Part shown: positions 16,937-26,802 of the stretch, one piece after another
Numbering within the stretch: position 1 is the first letter of the stretch
How the letters are laid out: each line of letters opens with the position of its first letter
Source of the DNA: Synechococcus sp. A15-28
GTDB taxonomy: Bacteria > Cyanobacteriota > Cyanobacteriia > PCC-6307 > Cyanobiaceae
DNA length: 32,000 nucleotides
Assembly (NCBI RefSeq): GCF_014280175.1
Contig: NZ_CP047931.1
Coordinates: 1,590,001 to 1,622,000 of the forward strand
Direction: 5' to 3'
The notes under the pieces: generated by a model
Told to the model about the DNA's origin: nothing
Databases searched by the model: none
What the model saw: the letters and a program-made list of their open reading frames with translations, nothing else
Made by a program: the position numbers and the translations under genes

Positions 16937-17734
16937 ATGCAGCGGGCCGGTCGACGTCTGATGGGGGGCCTGCTCATCGGAGCCGCTGTGGCCAGCGGTT
17001 GGCTCGCTGCATGGACGCTCGCTCCCCAAACATCGGCCAGTAACAGCCGCGCGGTGTCGGACGACGAGGCCAGCCAGCTGCTGAATGCCATGCAGCGACG
17101 GGAACTCAATCAGAATGAGCGGGAGCAGCTGCTGGAGCAGCTCCTTGGCCTGGAACGTCTCGAGGACGCCAAGCTTGTGCTGCAGCAGTGGCTGAACAAG
17201 CAACCCCATTCCCTGTCTATGGGGTTGTTGCTGGCGGACCTTCAGCGCCGGTCCGGCGCCTTTGAAGCAGCCCGGCAAGAACTGGAGCGACTGCTGCGGC
17301 TCCATCCTCTGCATCCCGAGTTGCTTCGGTTGATCGCTCTGGTGGATGTACAGGACGGCCGGGGGCAGGAGGCACTCCAGCGCCTGAAAGCCCAGTTCTC
17401 TTCACGACCGGAAGGGCAGCGTCTGGAACTCGGCCTTTTGCTGGCTGATCTGCAGCGCCAGACCGGTCGGTTCAAGGACGCAGCTGCTCTGTATCAGCAG
17501 CTGACCAAGGAATCAGCCGAGGACGTTCGATCTGTCCTTGCGTTGGCGATGTTGCACCAGGAGCAAGGTGATGCAGCTGAAGTCGAGCGTTGGCTGGAGC
17601 AGGCGCGGCTGCGCAGGGGCAATTCAGATCGGCCAGACCCGATGATCGATCAACTGGCCTACCGCTGGGGGTTGCAGGCCGCCCGCGTCAGGGCTGGGCA
17701 ACCGCTTCCTTCGGTCCCTGCTGAAACTCCCTGA
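16937..17734 (+). CDS. TPR-repeat, membrane-anchored hypothetical protein
   Basis: Signal/TM 'MQRAGRRLMGGLLIGAAVASGWLAAWTLA', then TPR-like helices 'LGLLLADLQRQTGRFKDAAALYQQLTKESAEDVRSVLALAMLHQEQGDAAEVERWLEQA'. Confidence 0.65.
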   Translation: MQRAGRRLMGGLLIGAAVASGWLAAWTLAPQTSASNSRAVSDDEASQLLNAMQRRELNQNEREQLLEQLLGLERLEDAKLVLQQWLNKQPHSLSMGLLLADLQRRSGAFEAARQELERLLRLHPLHPELLRLIALVDVQDGRGQEALQRLKAQFSSRPEGQRLELGLLLADLQRQTGRFKDAAALYQQLTKESAEDVRSVLALAMLHQEQGDAAEVERWLEQARLRRGNSDRPDPMIDQLAYRWGLQAARVRAGQPLPSVPAETP

Positions 17735-17990
17735 GGGCAGCGTCAATGGCATCCGACGGCGGAGTGGCGTCGTTCATCGCTCCGGCCCGTTGAATGCGGT
17801 TGATCAGATCCATCGGATTGGTGGCATCCAGAATTGCTCCCGAATCCCCTCCAGGGCTGGTGCTGAAGATCTCCCGTTCCTCGCGGGTCTGATATCCGCT
17901 ATCCATCTGGGCCAACCCCGGAGCCACCAAAGCCCCCAGGGAGGCGACAGTGATCAGAAGCTGGGCCGCTGAACGGGGCTGCATCGTCAA
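17688..17990 (-). CDS. Secreted hypothetical protein
   Basis: 100-aa ORF with signal-peptide-like 'MTMQPRSAAQLLITVASLGALVAPGLAQ'; convergent overlap with the TPR gene. Confidence 0.5.
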   Translation of the reverse strand: MTMQPRSAAQLLITVASLGALVAPGLAQMDSGYQTREEREIFSTSPGGDSGAILDATNPMDLINRIQRAGAMNDATPPSDAIDAALREFQQGPKEAVAQP

Positions 17991-18040
17991 AAGGATGTTG
18001 GGGCTGATGCTAAGCGTCCTTCAGGGATCGATAAACCACC

Positions 18041-18874
18041 GTGCGCATAGCCACCTGGAACGTCAATTCGGTGCGTACCCGGCTCGATCAGGTGCTGTCA
18101 TGGCTCGAAAAGAACCAGCCGGATCTGCTTTGCCTGCAGGAGACAAAGGTCGACGATCCGCTGTTCCCAATCCAGGCCTTCGAGGCGGCGGGATGGAAGG
18201 TCAGCATCCATGGTCAGAAGTCGTACAACGGCGTGGCGTTGGTCAGTCGCGAACCCCTCGACGATGTTCGCTGCGGCTTCAGCGCTGAGCTGCCGAATGA
18301 TGCCGAAGCAGAGACCCTGGGTGAACAGAAGCGCGTGATCAGCGCCCTGCTGGATGGGGTGCGGGTGCTGAATCTTTATGTCCCCAACGGCTCAAGCCTC
18401 TCCTCGGAGAAATATCCCTACAAGCTGTCCTGGCTTGGCTGCCTGAAGCGCTACCTCGATGCCCAGGCCGAACGAGGCGAACCCCTCTGCATGGTGGGGG
18501 ACTTCAACATCGCTCTCGACTCCAGGGACATCCATGACCCCGATCGCCTTAACGGATCGGTCATGGCAAGCGATGCGGAGCGGACTGCCCTGCGCGAAGC
18601 CCTTGGAGACAGGCTCCAGGACGCCTTCAGAATGTTCGAACCCGACGCCGGTCACTGGAGCTGGTGGGACTACCGCACCGGTGCCTGGGATCGGGATCGG
18701 GGCTGGCGGATCGATCACATCTACCTCTGTGACGAGCTGACGGGTCTCGCCCGCAGCTGCACCATCCACAAGCAGGTGCGCGGCAATCCCCAACCCAGTG
18801 ATCACGCACCGGTCAGTGTTGATCTGGACTGGCCACCGGCGGAGGAGGAAAGCGAGGACGATCTGCTGTTCTGA
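18041..18874 (+). CDS. xthA: Exodeoxyribonuclease III
   Basis: 'MRIATWNVNSVRTRLDQVLSWLEKNQPDLLCLQETKVDD', 'VGDFNIALDSRDIHDP', 'RIDHIYL', 'QPSDHAPVSVDLDW'. Confidence 0.96.
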   Translation: MRIATWNVNSVRTRLDQVLSWLEKNQPDLLCLQETKVDDPLFPIQAFEAAGWKVSIHGQKSYNGVALVSREPLDDVRCGFSAELPNDAEAETLGEQKRVISALLDGVRVLNLYVPNGSSLSSEKYPYKLSWLGCLKRYLDAQAERGEPLCMVGDFNIALDSRDIHDPDRLNGSVMASDAERTALREALGDRLQDAFRMFEPDAGHWSWWDYRTGAWDRDRGWRIDHIYLCDELTGLARSCTIHKQVRGNPQPSDHAPVSVDLDWPPAEEESEDDLLF

Positions 18875-18882
18875 CCGCCGTC

Positions 18883-20388
18883 TCAGAACACCTCCACGCC
18901 CGCAGGCAGGGTCACCGAGCGTTTGGCGGATTCGCCACAGGTGCGTGGAGTCGGCAGCACTTTGCCGGGGTTGGCCCGCTGCTCCGGGTCGAAGGCCTGA
19001 CGCAACAACGACATGGTGTTGAGGTCATCGGCACCGAACATCCAATCGAGGTAGCAGCGCTTATCGGCGCCGACGCCATGCTCACCGCTGATGCTGCCGC
19101 CGGCGTCGAGGCAGACCCGCAGGATGGCGGCACTGAGATCTTTGACCTTTTGGTCTTCCCCGGGAGTTGAGGACGAATAAAGAATGAGCGGGTGAAGATT
19201 GCCATCCCCCGCATGGAACATGTTGGCGACCTTCAGCCCGTGCTCCTGGCTCAACGCCGTGATGGAAGCGAGCACTGAGGGAAGACAGCTGCGAGGAACC
19301 ACGCCGTCCTGAAGGTAGTAACTCGGAGAGATCTGACCAAGCGCAGAAAAGGCACACTTGCGGCCCTTCCACAACACTGCGCATTCGGTCGGGTCTTCGG
19401 CCCTGCGAAGTCCACGGGACCCTGCCGCTCGACACAACTCCTCAGCCTTTTCTGCAGAGGCCTGGACCTCGGCCCGCTGGCCATCAAGCTCGATCAGCAG
19501 AACAGCAGCCGCATCCCGGGGGTATTCGTCGTAGCCGAAGAAATCATCAACGGCGTTGATCGTGATGTTGTCCATGATCTCCATCCCCGCCGGCAGCAAT
19601 CCGCAGGCCGTGATCGAGCGCACCGCTTCCCCTGCGGCCTCCATCGAGGAAAAGTCCGCCAGCAGAACGTTGACGCATTCGGGAGCCCGCAACAGGCGCA
19701 GGGTGATGGCTGTTGCAATTCCGAGGGTGCCCTCGCTGCCAATGAAGGCTCCACGCAAGTCGAGCTCCGAGGACTCCGCCAGACCATTTCCAAGCTGCGT
19801 CACCGTGCCGTCCGGGAGAACCACCTCGAGGCCAAGCACGTGGTTGCTGGTGACTCCGTATTTGAGGCAGTGGACCCCACCGGAATTCTCGGCGACATTG
19901 CCGCCAATGCTGCAGACCACCTGACTGGATGGATCAGGTGCGTAATAGAACCCTTCTCCAGCAACGGCTCGCGTCACCCAGCTGTTGATCACCCCCGGCT
20001 GAACCTTGACGGTGTGGTTTTCGAGGTCAACGTGCAGCACCTTGCGCATGCGGCTGGTGACCACCAGCAGTGCCTCCTGATCGACGAGGGCTCCACCGGA
20101 CAACCCTGTACCGCTCCCCCTGGCCACAAAAGGAACGTTGTGCTGATGACAGCAGCACAGGACCACAGCGACATCGGCTGTGGTCTCCGGGAGGACGGCC
20201 AGCGGCGGCGCGTGACGATCCATGGTCAGGCCGTCACAGTCGTAACTCAGCAGTTCCTGACGTTTCGTCACCAGGGCCCGCGGCGGCAGAGACCGGCGGA
20301 GATCCCTCTCCAGCGCTGACCAGTCGTGGATCACATCAACCCTCAATCCAGGCCAGGCTAAGCAGACAACTGGGGCCGATTGACACAC
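18883..20388 (-). CDS. glcD: FAD-binding glycolate oxidase subunit GlcD-like
   Basis: '[11 protein letters not shown]', '[64 protein letters not shown]', '[17 protein letters not shown]'. True start probably near 20340. Confidence 0.93.
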   Translation of the reverse strand: MCQSAPVVCLAWPGLRVDVIHDWSALERDLRRSLPPRALVTKRQELLSYDCDGLTMDRHAPPLAVLPETTADVAVVLCCCHQHNVPFVARGSGTGLSGGALVDQEALLVVTSRMRKVLHVDLENHTVKVQPGVINSWVTRAVAGEGFYYAPDPSSQVVCSIGGNVAENSGGVHCLKYGVTSNHVLGLEVVLPDGTVTQLGNGLAESSELDLRGAFIGSEGTLGIATAITLRLLRAPECVNVLLADFSSMEAAGEAVRSITACGLLPAGMEIMDNITINAVDDFFGYDEYPRDAAAVLLIELDGQRAEVQASAEKAEELCRAAGSRGLRRAEDPTECAVLWKGRKCAFSALGQISPSYYLQDGVVPRSCLPSVLASITALSQEHGLKVANMFHAGDGNLHPLILYSSSTPGEDQKVKDLSAAILRVCLDAGGSISGEHGVGADKRCYLDWMFGADDLNTMSLLRQAFDPEQRANPGKVLPTPRTCGESAKRSVTLPAGVEVF

Positions 20389-20459
20389 TCCAGACGGATC
20401 TGGTCGTTCCTGGGTCAGGATGTGGCACGGTTTGCATCAGCCTCTTGGCGTCGGTTCCA

Positions 20460-21761
20460 GTGACAGCACCCGCGTTGAACACCAGCCGCTCCCAGGCCAT
20501 CTTTGGCGAAGCGCAGGGGCTGATGCCCGGTGGCGTGAGTTCCCCTGTGCGCGCGTTCAAGTCGGTCGGCGGCCAGCCGATCGTGTTTGACCGGGTGAAA
20601 GGCCCTTACGCCTGGGACGTGGATGGGAACAAATACATCGACTACATCGGCAGCTGGGGCCCTGCCATTTGTGGCCATGCCCATCCCGAAGTGATCAGCG
20701 CACTTCAAGAGGCCATCGAGAAGGGCACCAGCTTCGGAGCACCCTGCGCCCTGGAGAACACCCTCGCCGAGATGGTGATCGACGCCGTTCCCAGCGTTGA
20801 GATGGTGCGCTTCGTCAACAGCGGCACTGAAGCCTGCATGGCTGTGTTGCGGCTGATGCGAGCCTTCACCGGCCGCGACAAGGTGATCAAGTTCGAAGGC
20901 TGTTATCACGGCCATGCGGACATGTTCCTGGTGAAGGCGGGGTCCGGTGTGGCCACCCTGGGACTGCCCGATTCCCCCGGCGTTCCTCGCAGCACCACAG
21001 CCAACACCCTCACCGCTCCTTACAACGACCTGGAAGCAGTGAAGGCGCTGTTCGCCGAAAACCCCGATGCCATCGCCGGCGTCATTCTCGAGCCCATCGT
21101 CGGCAACGCCGGGTTCATCCAACCTGAGCCAGGTTTCCTGGAAGGCCTGCGGGAACTCACGAAGGAGCACGGTGCCCTTCTCGTGTTCGACGAAGTGATG
21201 ACGGGCTTCCGCATCAGTTACGGCGGTGCACAAGCCCATTTCGGTGTCACACCGGACCTCACCACGATGGGCAAGGTGATCGGTGGTGGTTTGCCGGTGG
21301 GTGCCTATGGCGGCCGCGCCGACATCATGGGCATGGTGGCTCCGGCCGGCCCGATGTACCAGGCCGGCACGTTGAGCGGCAATCCATTGGCAATGACCGC
21401 TGGCATCAAGACACTCGAACTGCTGAAACAGCCCGGCAGTTACGAAAAACTCACGGCGACAACCGCCAAGCTGATTGCCGGTATCAAGCAGGCGGCTACG
21501 GCGGCTGGACTCCCCTTCACCGGTGGCAGCGTCAGCGCCATGTTCGGCTTCTTCCTCTGCGAAGGACCAGTGCGGAACTTCGAGGACGCCAAGGCAACGG
21601 ATTCAGAGCGCTTCGGCAAGTTGCATCGCGCCATGCTGGAGCGCGGTGTTTACCTGGCCCCATCCGCCTTCGAAGCGGGCTTCACCTCCCTGGCCCACTC
21701 CGACACGGACATCGAAGCCACGATCAATGCCTTCCGCGACAGCTTCGCGGAAGTGGCCTGA
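20460..21761 (+). CDS. hemL: Glutamate-1-semialdehyde 2,1-aminomutase
   Basis: '[58 protein letters not shown]', '[46 protein letters not shown]'. GTG start at 20460 replaces the over-long ORF start 20070. Confidence 0.97.
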   Translation: MTAPALNTSRSQAIFGEAQGLMPGGVSSPVRAFKSVGGQPIVFDRVKGPYAWDVDGNKYIDYIGSWGPAICGHAHPEVISALQEAIEKGTSFGAPCALENTLAEMVIDAVPSVEMVRFVNSGTEACMAVLRLMRAFTGRDKVIKFEGCYHGHADMFLVKAGSGVATLGLPDSPGVPRSTTANTLTAPYNDLEAVKALFAENPDAIAGVILEPIVGNAGFIQPEPGFLEGLRELTKEHGALLVFDEVMTGFRISYGGAQAHFGVTPDLTTMGKVIGGGLPVGAYGGRADIMGMVAPAGPMYQAGTLSGNPLAMTAGIKTLELLKQPGSYEKLTATTAKLIAGIKQAATAAGLPFTGGSVSAMFGFFLCEGPVRNFEDAKATDSERFGKLHRAMLERGVYLAPSAFEAGFTSLAHSDTDIEATINAFRDSFAEVA

Positions 21762-21776
21762 CCCTGACTCGGCGCG

Positions 21777-22244
21777 GTGATGCCATTGCTCCCGGCAGCA
21801 GCGGCAACACCGCCTCCCATGGTCTGCACCATCGAGACGGTCGAAAGCCGCTGGTCCCCTCGCGCGATTGCGGGGGTCCGCATGCTCAGGGGTCAGAGCT
21901 TCACGGTGACCCGATCACCCGATATCAAGTTGACACCCCGCTATGTGATCGACAGCCGGATCACCAGCCTGGCGGAGGAAACAGAGCCTCCGGTTGGCTC
22001 AATCGAGAACCAGCGGCTGCGCTACAGCTGGAGCTACATCGCAGCCCTCGGACCGGTGGCACCACCAGCAACATCCGGTGAACCCAGTCGAAACGCCTCG
22101 ATCAGCGTCGAAGGGCAACTGAGGATCCGGGCAGACCGTTCCTTCGATCTGGTGAACGTCTCCGCCATGACCGCTGAAGGAAGCACAACGGCGCTGACCA
22201 CACTGCGTGACAGTGCATCCGGAACCTGTCGTGAACAACCCTGA
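21777..22244 (+). CDS. Hypothetical, possibly exported protein
   Basis: 155-aa ORF between hemL and cdd, overlapping the cdd start; no family recognised. Confidence 0.5.
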   Translation: MMPLLPAAAATPPPMVCTIETVESRWSPRAIAGVRMLRGQSFTVTRSPDIKLTPRYVIDSRITSLAEETEPPVGSIENQRLRYSWSYIAALGPVAPPATSGEPSRNASISVEGQLRIRADRSFDLVNVSAMTAEGSTTALTTLRDSASGTCREQP

Positions 22245-22641
22245 AGATCTGTTGAAGGCGGCGAGACAGGCTGCCGACAAAGCCCACTGTCCCTATTCGA
22301 ACTTCCATGTGGGAGCGGCTGTGCGATGCACGGATGGCACGGTGGTGACCGGCAGCAATGTGGAGAACGCCAGCTTCGGCCTCACCATCTGCGCTGAACG
22401 GGTGGCCCTGTTCAGCTGTGTGGCCCAGGGCCTCCAACCGCTTGAGCTGGCGGTGAGCTGTGTGGATGCCCAGTCAGATGCATCACCAGGCTCCCGAATG
22501 CCCTGCGGGGCCTGCCGTCAGGTGATGCAAGAGCTCATGCTCCAGCAGGCGACGATTCACATCGACGGCGTCGGGTCTCGACGGCTATCGGAGTTGCTAC
22601 CGGATGCGTTCGAGCTGGGTTCTGCTGAAAAGGCTCCCTAG
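22231..22641 (+). CDS. cdd: Cytidine deaminase
   Basis: 'CPYSNFHVGAAVRCTDGTVVTGSNVENASFGLTICAERVAL', 'SRMPCGACRQVMQEL' zinc-binding motifs. ORF track start 22207; GTG at 22231 fits better. Confidence 0.95.
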   Translation: MNNPEDLLKAARQAADKAHCPYSNFHVGAAVRCTDGTVVTGSNVENASFGLTICAERVALFSCVAQGLQPLELAVSCVDAQSDASPGSRMPCGACRQVMQELMLQQATIHIDGVGSRRLSELLPDAFELGSAEKAP

Positions 22642-23105
22642 CCAGGCTCCGCCCAGCGTGCCAGGGCTTTTTCTGGGTCAGCGATCTGCTCAAGACTGGT
22701 GTATACGAAATCCTGCCAGCCCTCCGCCGGCAGGCCGGCGAACAGCATCAGGTTGAGCGGGTAATCCTCGGAATCAGTACATCGGCGGAAATCGTCGCGG
22801 AACAGAAACGTGGGCTTGCCCAGGGCGATCGCTGCCCCCAGTTCCACCATCACGCCCTCGTCCGGTGGCGTTCCATTGACGATGGCGAAGAGTGCATCGG
22901 CGTCGCGCACATCCTGGAGATCCCGCTGGGCCACCTGGTGCGCCCAGCCAGGCTGGGCCACATCCACCTGGCCGTTGCGGGCAAACGGTTCCCACACCTC
23001 CAACCCAAGGTCCTGTAGTGCCGTAATGAATTCAGGCAACAGCAACCGCTTCCATTGAGCGGAAAAGCCGTAAGGGGAAGCGAGATAAACCGTGGGTTGG
23101 GCCAT
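22638..23105 (-). CDS. Nucleoside 2-deoxyribosyltransferase family protein
   Basis: 'VYLASPYGFS', 'RDLQDVRDADALFAIVNGTPPDEGVMVELGAAIALGKPTFLFRDDFR'. Confidence 0.88.
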   Translation of the reverse strand: MAQPTVYLASPYGFSAQWKRLLLPEFITALQDLGLEVWEPFARNGQVDVAQPGWAHQVAQRDLQDVRDADALFAIVNGTPPDEGVMVELGAAIALGKPTFLFRDDFRRCTDSEDYPLNLMLFAGLPAEGWQDFVYTSLEQIADPEKALARWAEPG

Positions 23106-23500
23106 CAGCCAAGCTCTCTGGACGTGCGGTAGATCTGCTCATCAGCGCGGGCCTGGGCGGCGTTTTCCCAGGGGAACAGCAACCACTCAGAGCTGTCGGT
23201 GACCACCACCGCATCCCACCACTCGGGCGGGCGCTTGCTCACCCAAACCACGCCACGGGCCTTGGGGAATCTGGCGTGCAGAGATTCCAAGGTGCGACCG
23301 GTCTCGTAAACATCGTCGACGATCAACGCATCAGGCTGCGGCTCAGCCAGCAACGGCCGCTGAAGCGCGTGGCTCAAGGCCACGGCCAAACACAAACCAC
23401 CGCGCGGCACCCCGTAGATCCCCGCAAACGTCGTCGAAGACAACTGTTCAACCAGGCTCTGCACGGCCTGATCAAATTCCACCCAGCTCAGCGCCCTCAT
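23105..23500 (-). CDS. Phosphoribosyltransferase family protein
   Basis: 'GIYGVPRGGLCLAVALSHAL', PRPP-binding-like 'ALIVDDVYETGRTLE', C-terminal 'WLLFPWE'. 1-nt overlap with the deoxyribosyltransferase gene. Confidence 0.88.
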   Translation of the reverse strand: MRALSWVEFDQAVQSLVEQLSSTTFAGIYGVPRGGLCLAVALSHALQRPLLAEPQPDALIVDDVYETGRTLESLHARFPKARGVVWVSKRPPEWWDAVVVTDSSEWLLFPWENAAQARADEQIYRTSRELG

Positions 23501-23535
23501 GGCTGGACAATGAAGCGTGTCGGCAGTGATGGCCC

Positions 23536-23775
23536 ATGACCAGCGACATCCCCCCTCAGGAACAGATGCGCAAATGGTTCCGCAGCCATCTGCTCAACCG
23601 CGAGGTGGAGCTTCAGGAGCTGTACGACCTTCCACAGGGAGAACTGGATCTGCTGATGGCAGAAACTGCCGAAATCCGCTCCGATGCAGAAAATCGTTCC
23701 CGTAGTCATGGCCGCTGGTGCACCGCCGGCTATGTCCTGGAGTTGGCCCGCATCATCGATGCCCGTCGAGCCTGA
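23536..23775 (+). CDS. Small hypothetical protein
   Basis: 79-aa ORF 'MTSDIPPQEQMRKWFRSHLLNREVELQELYDLPQGELDLLMAETAEIRSDAENRSRSHGRWCTAGYVLELARIIDARRA'; charged, soluble, plausible start. Confidence 0.5.
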   Translation: MTSDIPPQEQMRKWFRSHLLNREVELQELYDLPQGELDLLMAETAEIRSDAENRSRSHGRWCTAGYVLELARIIDARRA

Positions 23776-23777
23776 CA

Positions 23778-24059
23778 TCAAGCCGATTTCAGGTAAACCT
23801 TGCGGCCACGCGCGTCAAAACGATATTTACCCCCACGTGGTCCGATGTGGATGTCGTCAGGATCGATCGATGATGACAAGGCAACAACGGGTGCAGGATT
23901 GATTCGGGCTTCATCAACCTTCCGCTCAGGCTTGAATATGTTGCGGCCTGTCTTCAGATACAGAAACGTTGCAATGCTCATTAGCGGCCGAATGTTTAAT
24001 GCACGTGCAACTTCATTCTCCTTAGGCGTCAATGCTTGGCACACCAGACTGAGGGTCAA
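23778..24059 (-). CDS. Small protein with PBCV-specific basic adaptor-like C-terminus
   Basis: C-terminal 'DPDDIHIGPRGGKYRFDARGRKVYLKSA' resembles the GPRGG.Y....G.K.Y pattern of PF08789-type domains. Confidence 0.5.
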   Translation of the reverse strand: MTLSLVCQALTPKENEVARALNIRPLMSIATFLYLKTGRNIFKPERKVDEARINPAPVVALSSSIDPDDIHIGPRGGKYRFDARGRKVYLKSA

Positions 24060-24315
24060 GCATCGCCATGATGCGCTCCCATTCAGCCTGATCGATCAAC
24101 CCCCCATCACGCAGCTGACTGAGGACCCGTGGATCAACGGGCAAGCGGGTGAGATCCATGATCGACTGACAAGCTTTGAGGGACTCCACCAAAATGGTCT
24201 GAGCGGCAACTTCCGGAGTCAGTCCCGGGAATCTCTCCTGCATATCTTCGAGCATCTTCGCAGCAGCGTTGTTCTCCATAAGAGGCTTATGAATTGGGAC
24301 AGAAAAAGAAGACAA
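24022..24315 (-). CDS. Small hypothetical protein
   Basis: 97-aa ORF 'MSSFSVPIHKPLMENNAAAKMLEDMQERFPGLTPEVAAQTILVESLKACQSIMDLTRLPVDPRVLSQLRDG...'; overlaps the downstream small ORF. Confidence 0.5.
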   Translation of the reverse strand: MSSFSVPIHKPLMENNAAAKMLEDMQERFPGLTPEVAAQTILVESLKACQSIMDLTRLPVDPRVLSQLRDGGLIDQAEWERIMAMLDPQSGVPSIDA

Positions 24316-24318
24316 GAT

Positions 24319-25296
24319 TTATTCGCCGATTTTGTTCACAGCGGCTTTGGACTTCGCCAGAATGTCGCCACGCAGGGGAACAAATCCGAGTCGAGGAGCC
24401 ACATTCTGTGCCTCATCGCTCAACATGAAGTTGAACACTTCCTTAATCGTGGAGGCATCGGGACCGTTGCCACGCTCATAGGCCAAAACCCAGGTGAGTG
24501 TGGCGATGGGGTAAGCCCCAGCGGCTGTTGGGTTGGGATTCTCTCCGGCCAGGTTCTGATCCAGCGTGATCTGGTTCAGGGCAATCGCACCGGCCTCAAC
24601 ACTCGGTTTCACGAAGCCTCCCGCAAGGTTCTGCAGGGCAGCCGCCTTGATCGAACTACGGATGTACGACTGATTGAGATAACCAATCGCCCCCTCCCGC
24701 TTTTTGATCACAGCCGCAACACCAGCGTTGCCCTTGGCCCCAACACCACTGGGCCAACTCACCGCCTTACCGGTTCCTAAAGTCCAGGTGGATGAAAATG
24801 CCGCCATCGAATTGGTGAAGGCCTTGGTGGTTCCTGAACCATCCGATCGGTGCACCCACGTGATCGGACCGGAGGCACACCCCAACTCCGACCAGTCTTT
24901 AATAACCGACATGGCCACCTTCACCGCCTGCTCCTGGGTGAGTTTCAGATCACAACCAGGTTTGTTGTATCCGAAGGCGATGGTGCCGCCGATCATTGGG
25001 ATCTGAACAACACCACGCTTCACTTTGCGTCGATCTCGACTGATCATCGGATCATCGGAGGCACCGAAATTGACCGTCTGATCGAGATAGGCCTTTCGGC
25101 CGGAACCGGAACCAATGGCCTGGTAATTGACCATCGGCCCGTCGTTACCGGCCAGCATTCCGAACCAGCGTTGGTAAATCTGCGCCGGAAACGTTGCCCC
25201 GGCTCCAGTAATCCGCTCGGATGCCAATGCAGAGGCGCTGACATCGAGCAGGACAACCGCTCCTGACACGACAAATGATCTGATCAGATTGCTCAT
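24319..25296 (-). CDS. pstS: Phosphate ABC transporter substrate-binding protein
   Basis: Signal peptide, 'ITGAGATFPAQIYQRWFGML', 'VNYQAIGSGSGRKAYLDQTVNFGASDDPM', 'WVHRSDGSGTTKAFT', 'AIGYLNQSYI'. Confidence 0.93.
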   Translation of the reverse strand: MSNLIRSFVVSGAVVLLDVSASALASERITGAGATFPAQIYQRWFGMLAGNDGPMVNYQAIGSGSGRKAYLDQTVNFGASDDPMISRDRRKVKRGVVQIPMIGGTIAFGYNKPGCDLKLTQEQAVKVAMSVIKDWSELGCASGPITWVHRSDGSGTTKAFTNSMAAFSSTWTLGTGKAVSWPSGVGAKGNAGVAAVIKKREGAIGYLNQSYIRSSIKAAALQNLAGGFVKPSVEAGAIALNQITLDQNLAGENPNPTAAGAYPIATLTWVLAYERGNGPDASTIKEVFNFMLSDEAQNVAPRLGFVPLRGDILAKSKAAVNKIGE

Positions 25297-25368
25297 GCCC
25301 GGACGAAGGACCTCGCCTGGATCGTAAAGCGGTCAAAGCGACTTGTCGTCCCCCTGTCGAAGGCGGAT

Positions 25369-25875
25369 TCAGCGGTAATTCTCAAACTGCAGAGGAACAT
25401 CCAATTCATCTTCTTTGCTTTTGACCAACTGGATCGCAGCCTGCAAATCATCTTTGCTCTTCCCCGTGATCCGCACACTCTCCCCCTGAATCGCCACGGT
25501 GATTTTTTTCAATTCGTCGCGGACGATCTTGCTGAGCTTCTTGGCGATTTCCTGGCTGAGGCCCTTACGCAGTTTCACCACCTGCTTCACCCGGTTTCCG
25601 CCAACACTCTCTGGGGTTTGAAAATCGAAGATCTTCAACGACAGATTGCGCTTGGTGGCCTTGGTTCTCAACACATCCTCGACGGCCTGCAGCGTCATAT
25701 CGCTGGCGGTTGTGATTACCAGTTCGGTCTCCTCCAGCTCGATCTCGGTGTTGGAGTCCTTGAGGTCGTAGCGGTTACCGACATCGCGCCGCACCTGATC
25801 AAGGGTGTTGACCAGCTCCTGACGATCGAAGTCGGAGACCACATCAAAGGACGACGTGCTTGCCATAACTCGCAT
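25369..25875 (-). CDS. yajQ: YajQ family nucleotide-binding protein
   Basis: 'SFDVVSDFDRQELVNTLDQVRRDVGNRYDLKDSNTEIELEETELVITTASDMTLQAVEDVL', 'KAAIQLVKSKEDELDVPLQFENYR'. Confidence 0.94.
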   Translation of the reverse strand: MRVMASTSSFDVVSDFDRQELVNTLDQVRRDVGNRYDLKDSNTEIELEETELVITTASDMTLQAVEDVLRTKATKRNLSLKIFDFQTPESVGGNRVKQVVKLRKGLSQEIAKKLSKIVRDELKKITVAIQGESVRITGKSKDDLQAAIQLVKSKEDELDVPLQFENYR

Positions 25876-25923
25876 TCATTCCAGTTCTCAGTTTAGAAAG
25901 GCCTCACACACCAGCCCACATCA

Positions 25924-26376
25924 ATGTCGCTGTTGCAGCTGTTCACCGCCACGGATTGCGCACCCTATGCATGGTCCTTGGTTCTGGCGGGTGGCACCGT
26001 GGTCGCCAGCCTCATCCCCCTGGGCGCCGCCCGCTCGGCCGCCAATTTCGAGATGAAGGACATGGCCGCCCCAAGAGCGATTTTTGAGCGGTTTCCCGCC
26101 TGGGGAAAACGGGCCAGCTGGGCTCACCAGAACAGCTTCGAAGCCTTCAGCCTGCACGCACCAGCTGCTGTACTTGCCCTGATTGCTGCGCTGCACACCG
26201 GCCCCCTGCCAGGGCTCGCCCTCACCGCTGCCTTTCTCCATCCGGCGCTGCGCCTCGCCTACATCGCGGCCTACGTCGGCAACATCCCTCCCGCTCGTGG
26301 GCTTTGCTGGGCCTCAGGACTGCTCTGCAGCGGAATTCTTTACAGTGAAGGATTGAAAGCCCTCATCAACAGTTGA
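25924..26376 (+). CDS. MAPEG family membrane protein
   Basis: Four hydrophobic segments with 'ASWAHQNSFEAFSLHAPAAVLALIAAL' and 'LHPALRLAYIAAYVGNIPPARGLCW'. Confidence 0.85.
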   Translation: MSLLQLFTATDCAPYAWSLVLAGGTVVASLIPLGAARSAANFEMKDMAAPRAIFERFPAWGKRASWAHQNSFEAFSLHAPAAVLALIAALHTGPLPGLALTAAFLHPALRLAYIAAYVGNIPPARGLCWASGLLCSGILYSEGLKALINS

Positions 26377-26802
26377 TTCGGCAGCACTCAATCGAAGTCA
26401 ACGTGATATTCACGAGAGACAGACATGAGCTCTTTCGCAAATAAAACTGATGAGTCGATCAAACCGATCCATTGCCACAGCAGAGACGGGCAGCGCCAAA
26501 GCCAGCAAGTCAAATTGACTTCATCATCAGAGCCAGAGACTTTCGGCGATTTCAATCAATTCCAACCAGCTTTCATCAACGCCCATTATCTTCAAAATGT
26601 CCTAACTTATTAATCTCTCCGCGATGGCGCTCTAAGCTGCACAACATATTATTCTTACGACTGACAAGTACCGTCAGCAATAACCAAGGGCGTCAATCAG
26701 AATGATGGATGTCATTGATAAGCGGATATCTTCACTAACCAACTCAGTGTCGTACTGACTAAACGACAAAATCGGTCCACGGTTCATGTTGACACCAAAT
26801 CA

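Noticed and set aside
20070-20459. 130-residue N-terminal extension of hemL in the ORF track
   Set aside because: Antisense to glcD and non-homologous; the HemL family N-terminus fits a GTG start at 20460.
20415-21239. 274-aa minus-strand ORF opposite hemL
   Set aside because: Shadow of a highly confident coding gene.
23800-24780. 326-aa plus-strand ORF
   Set aside because: Antisense to pstS and small minus-strand ORFs; no recognisable protein family.
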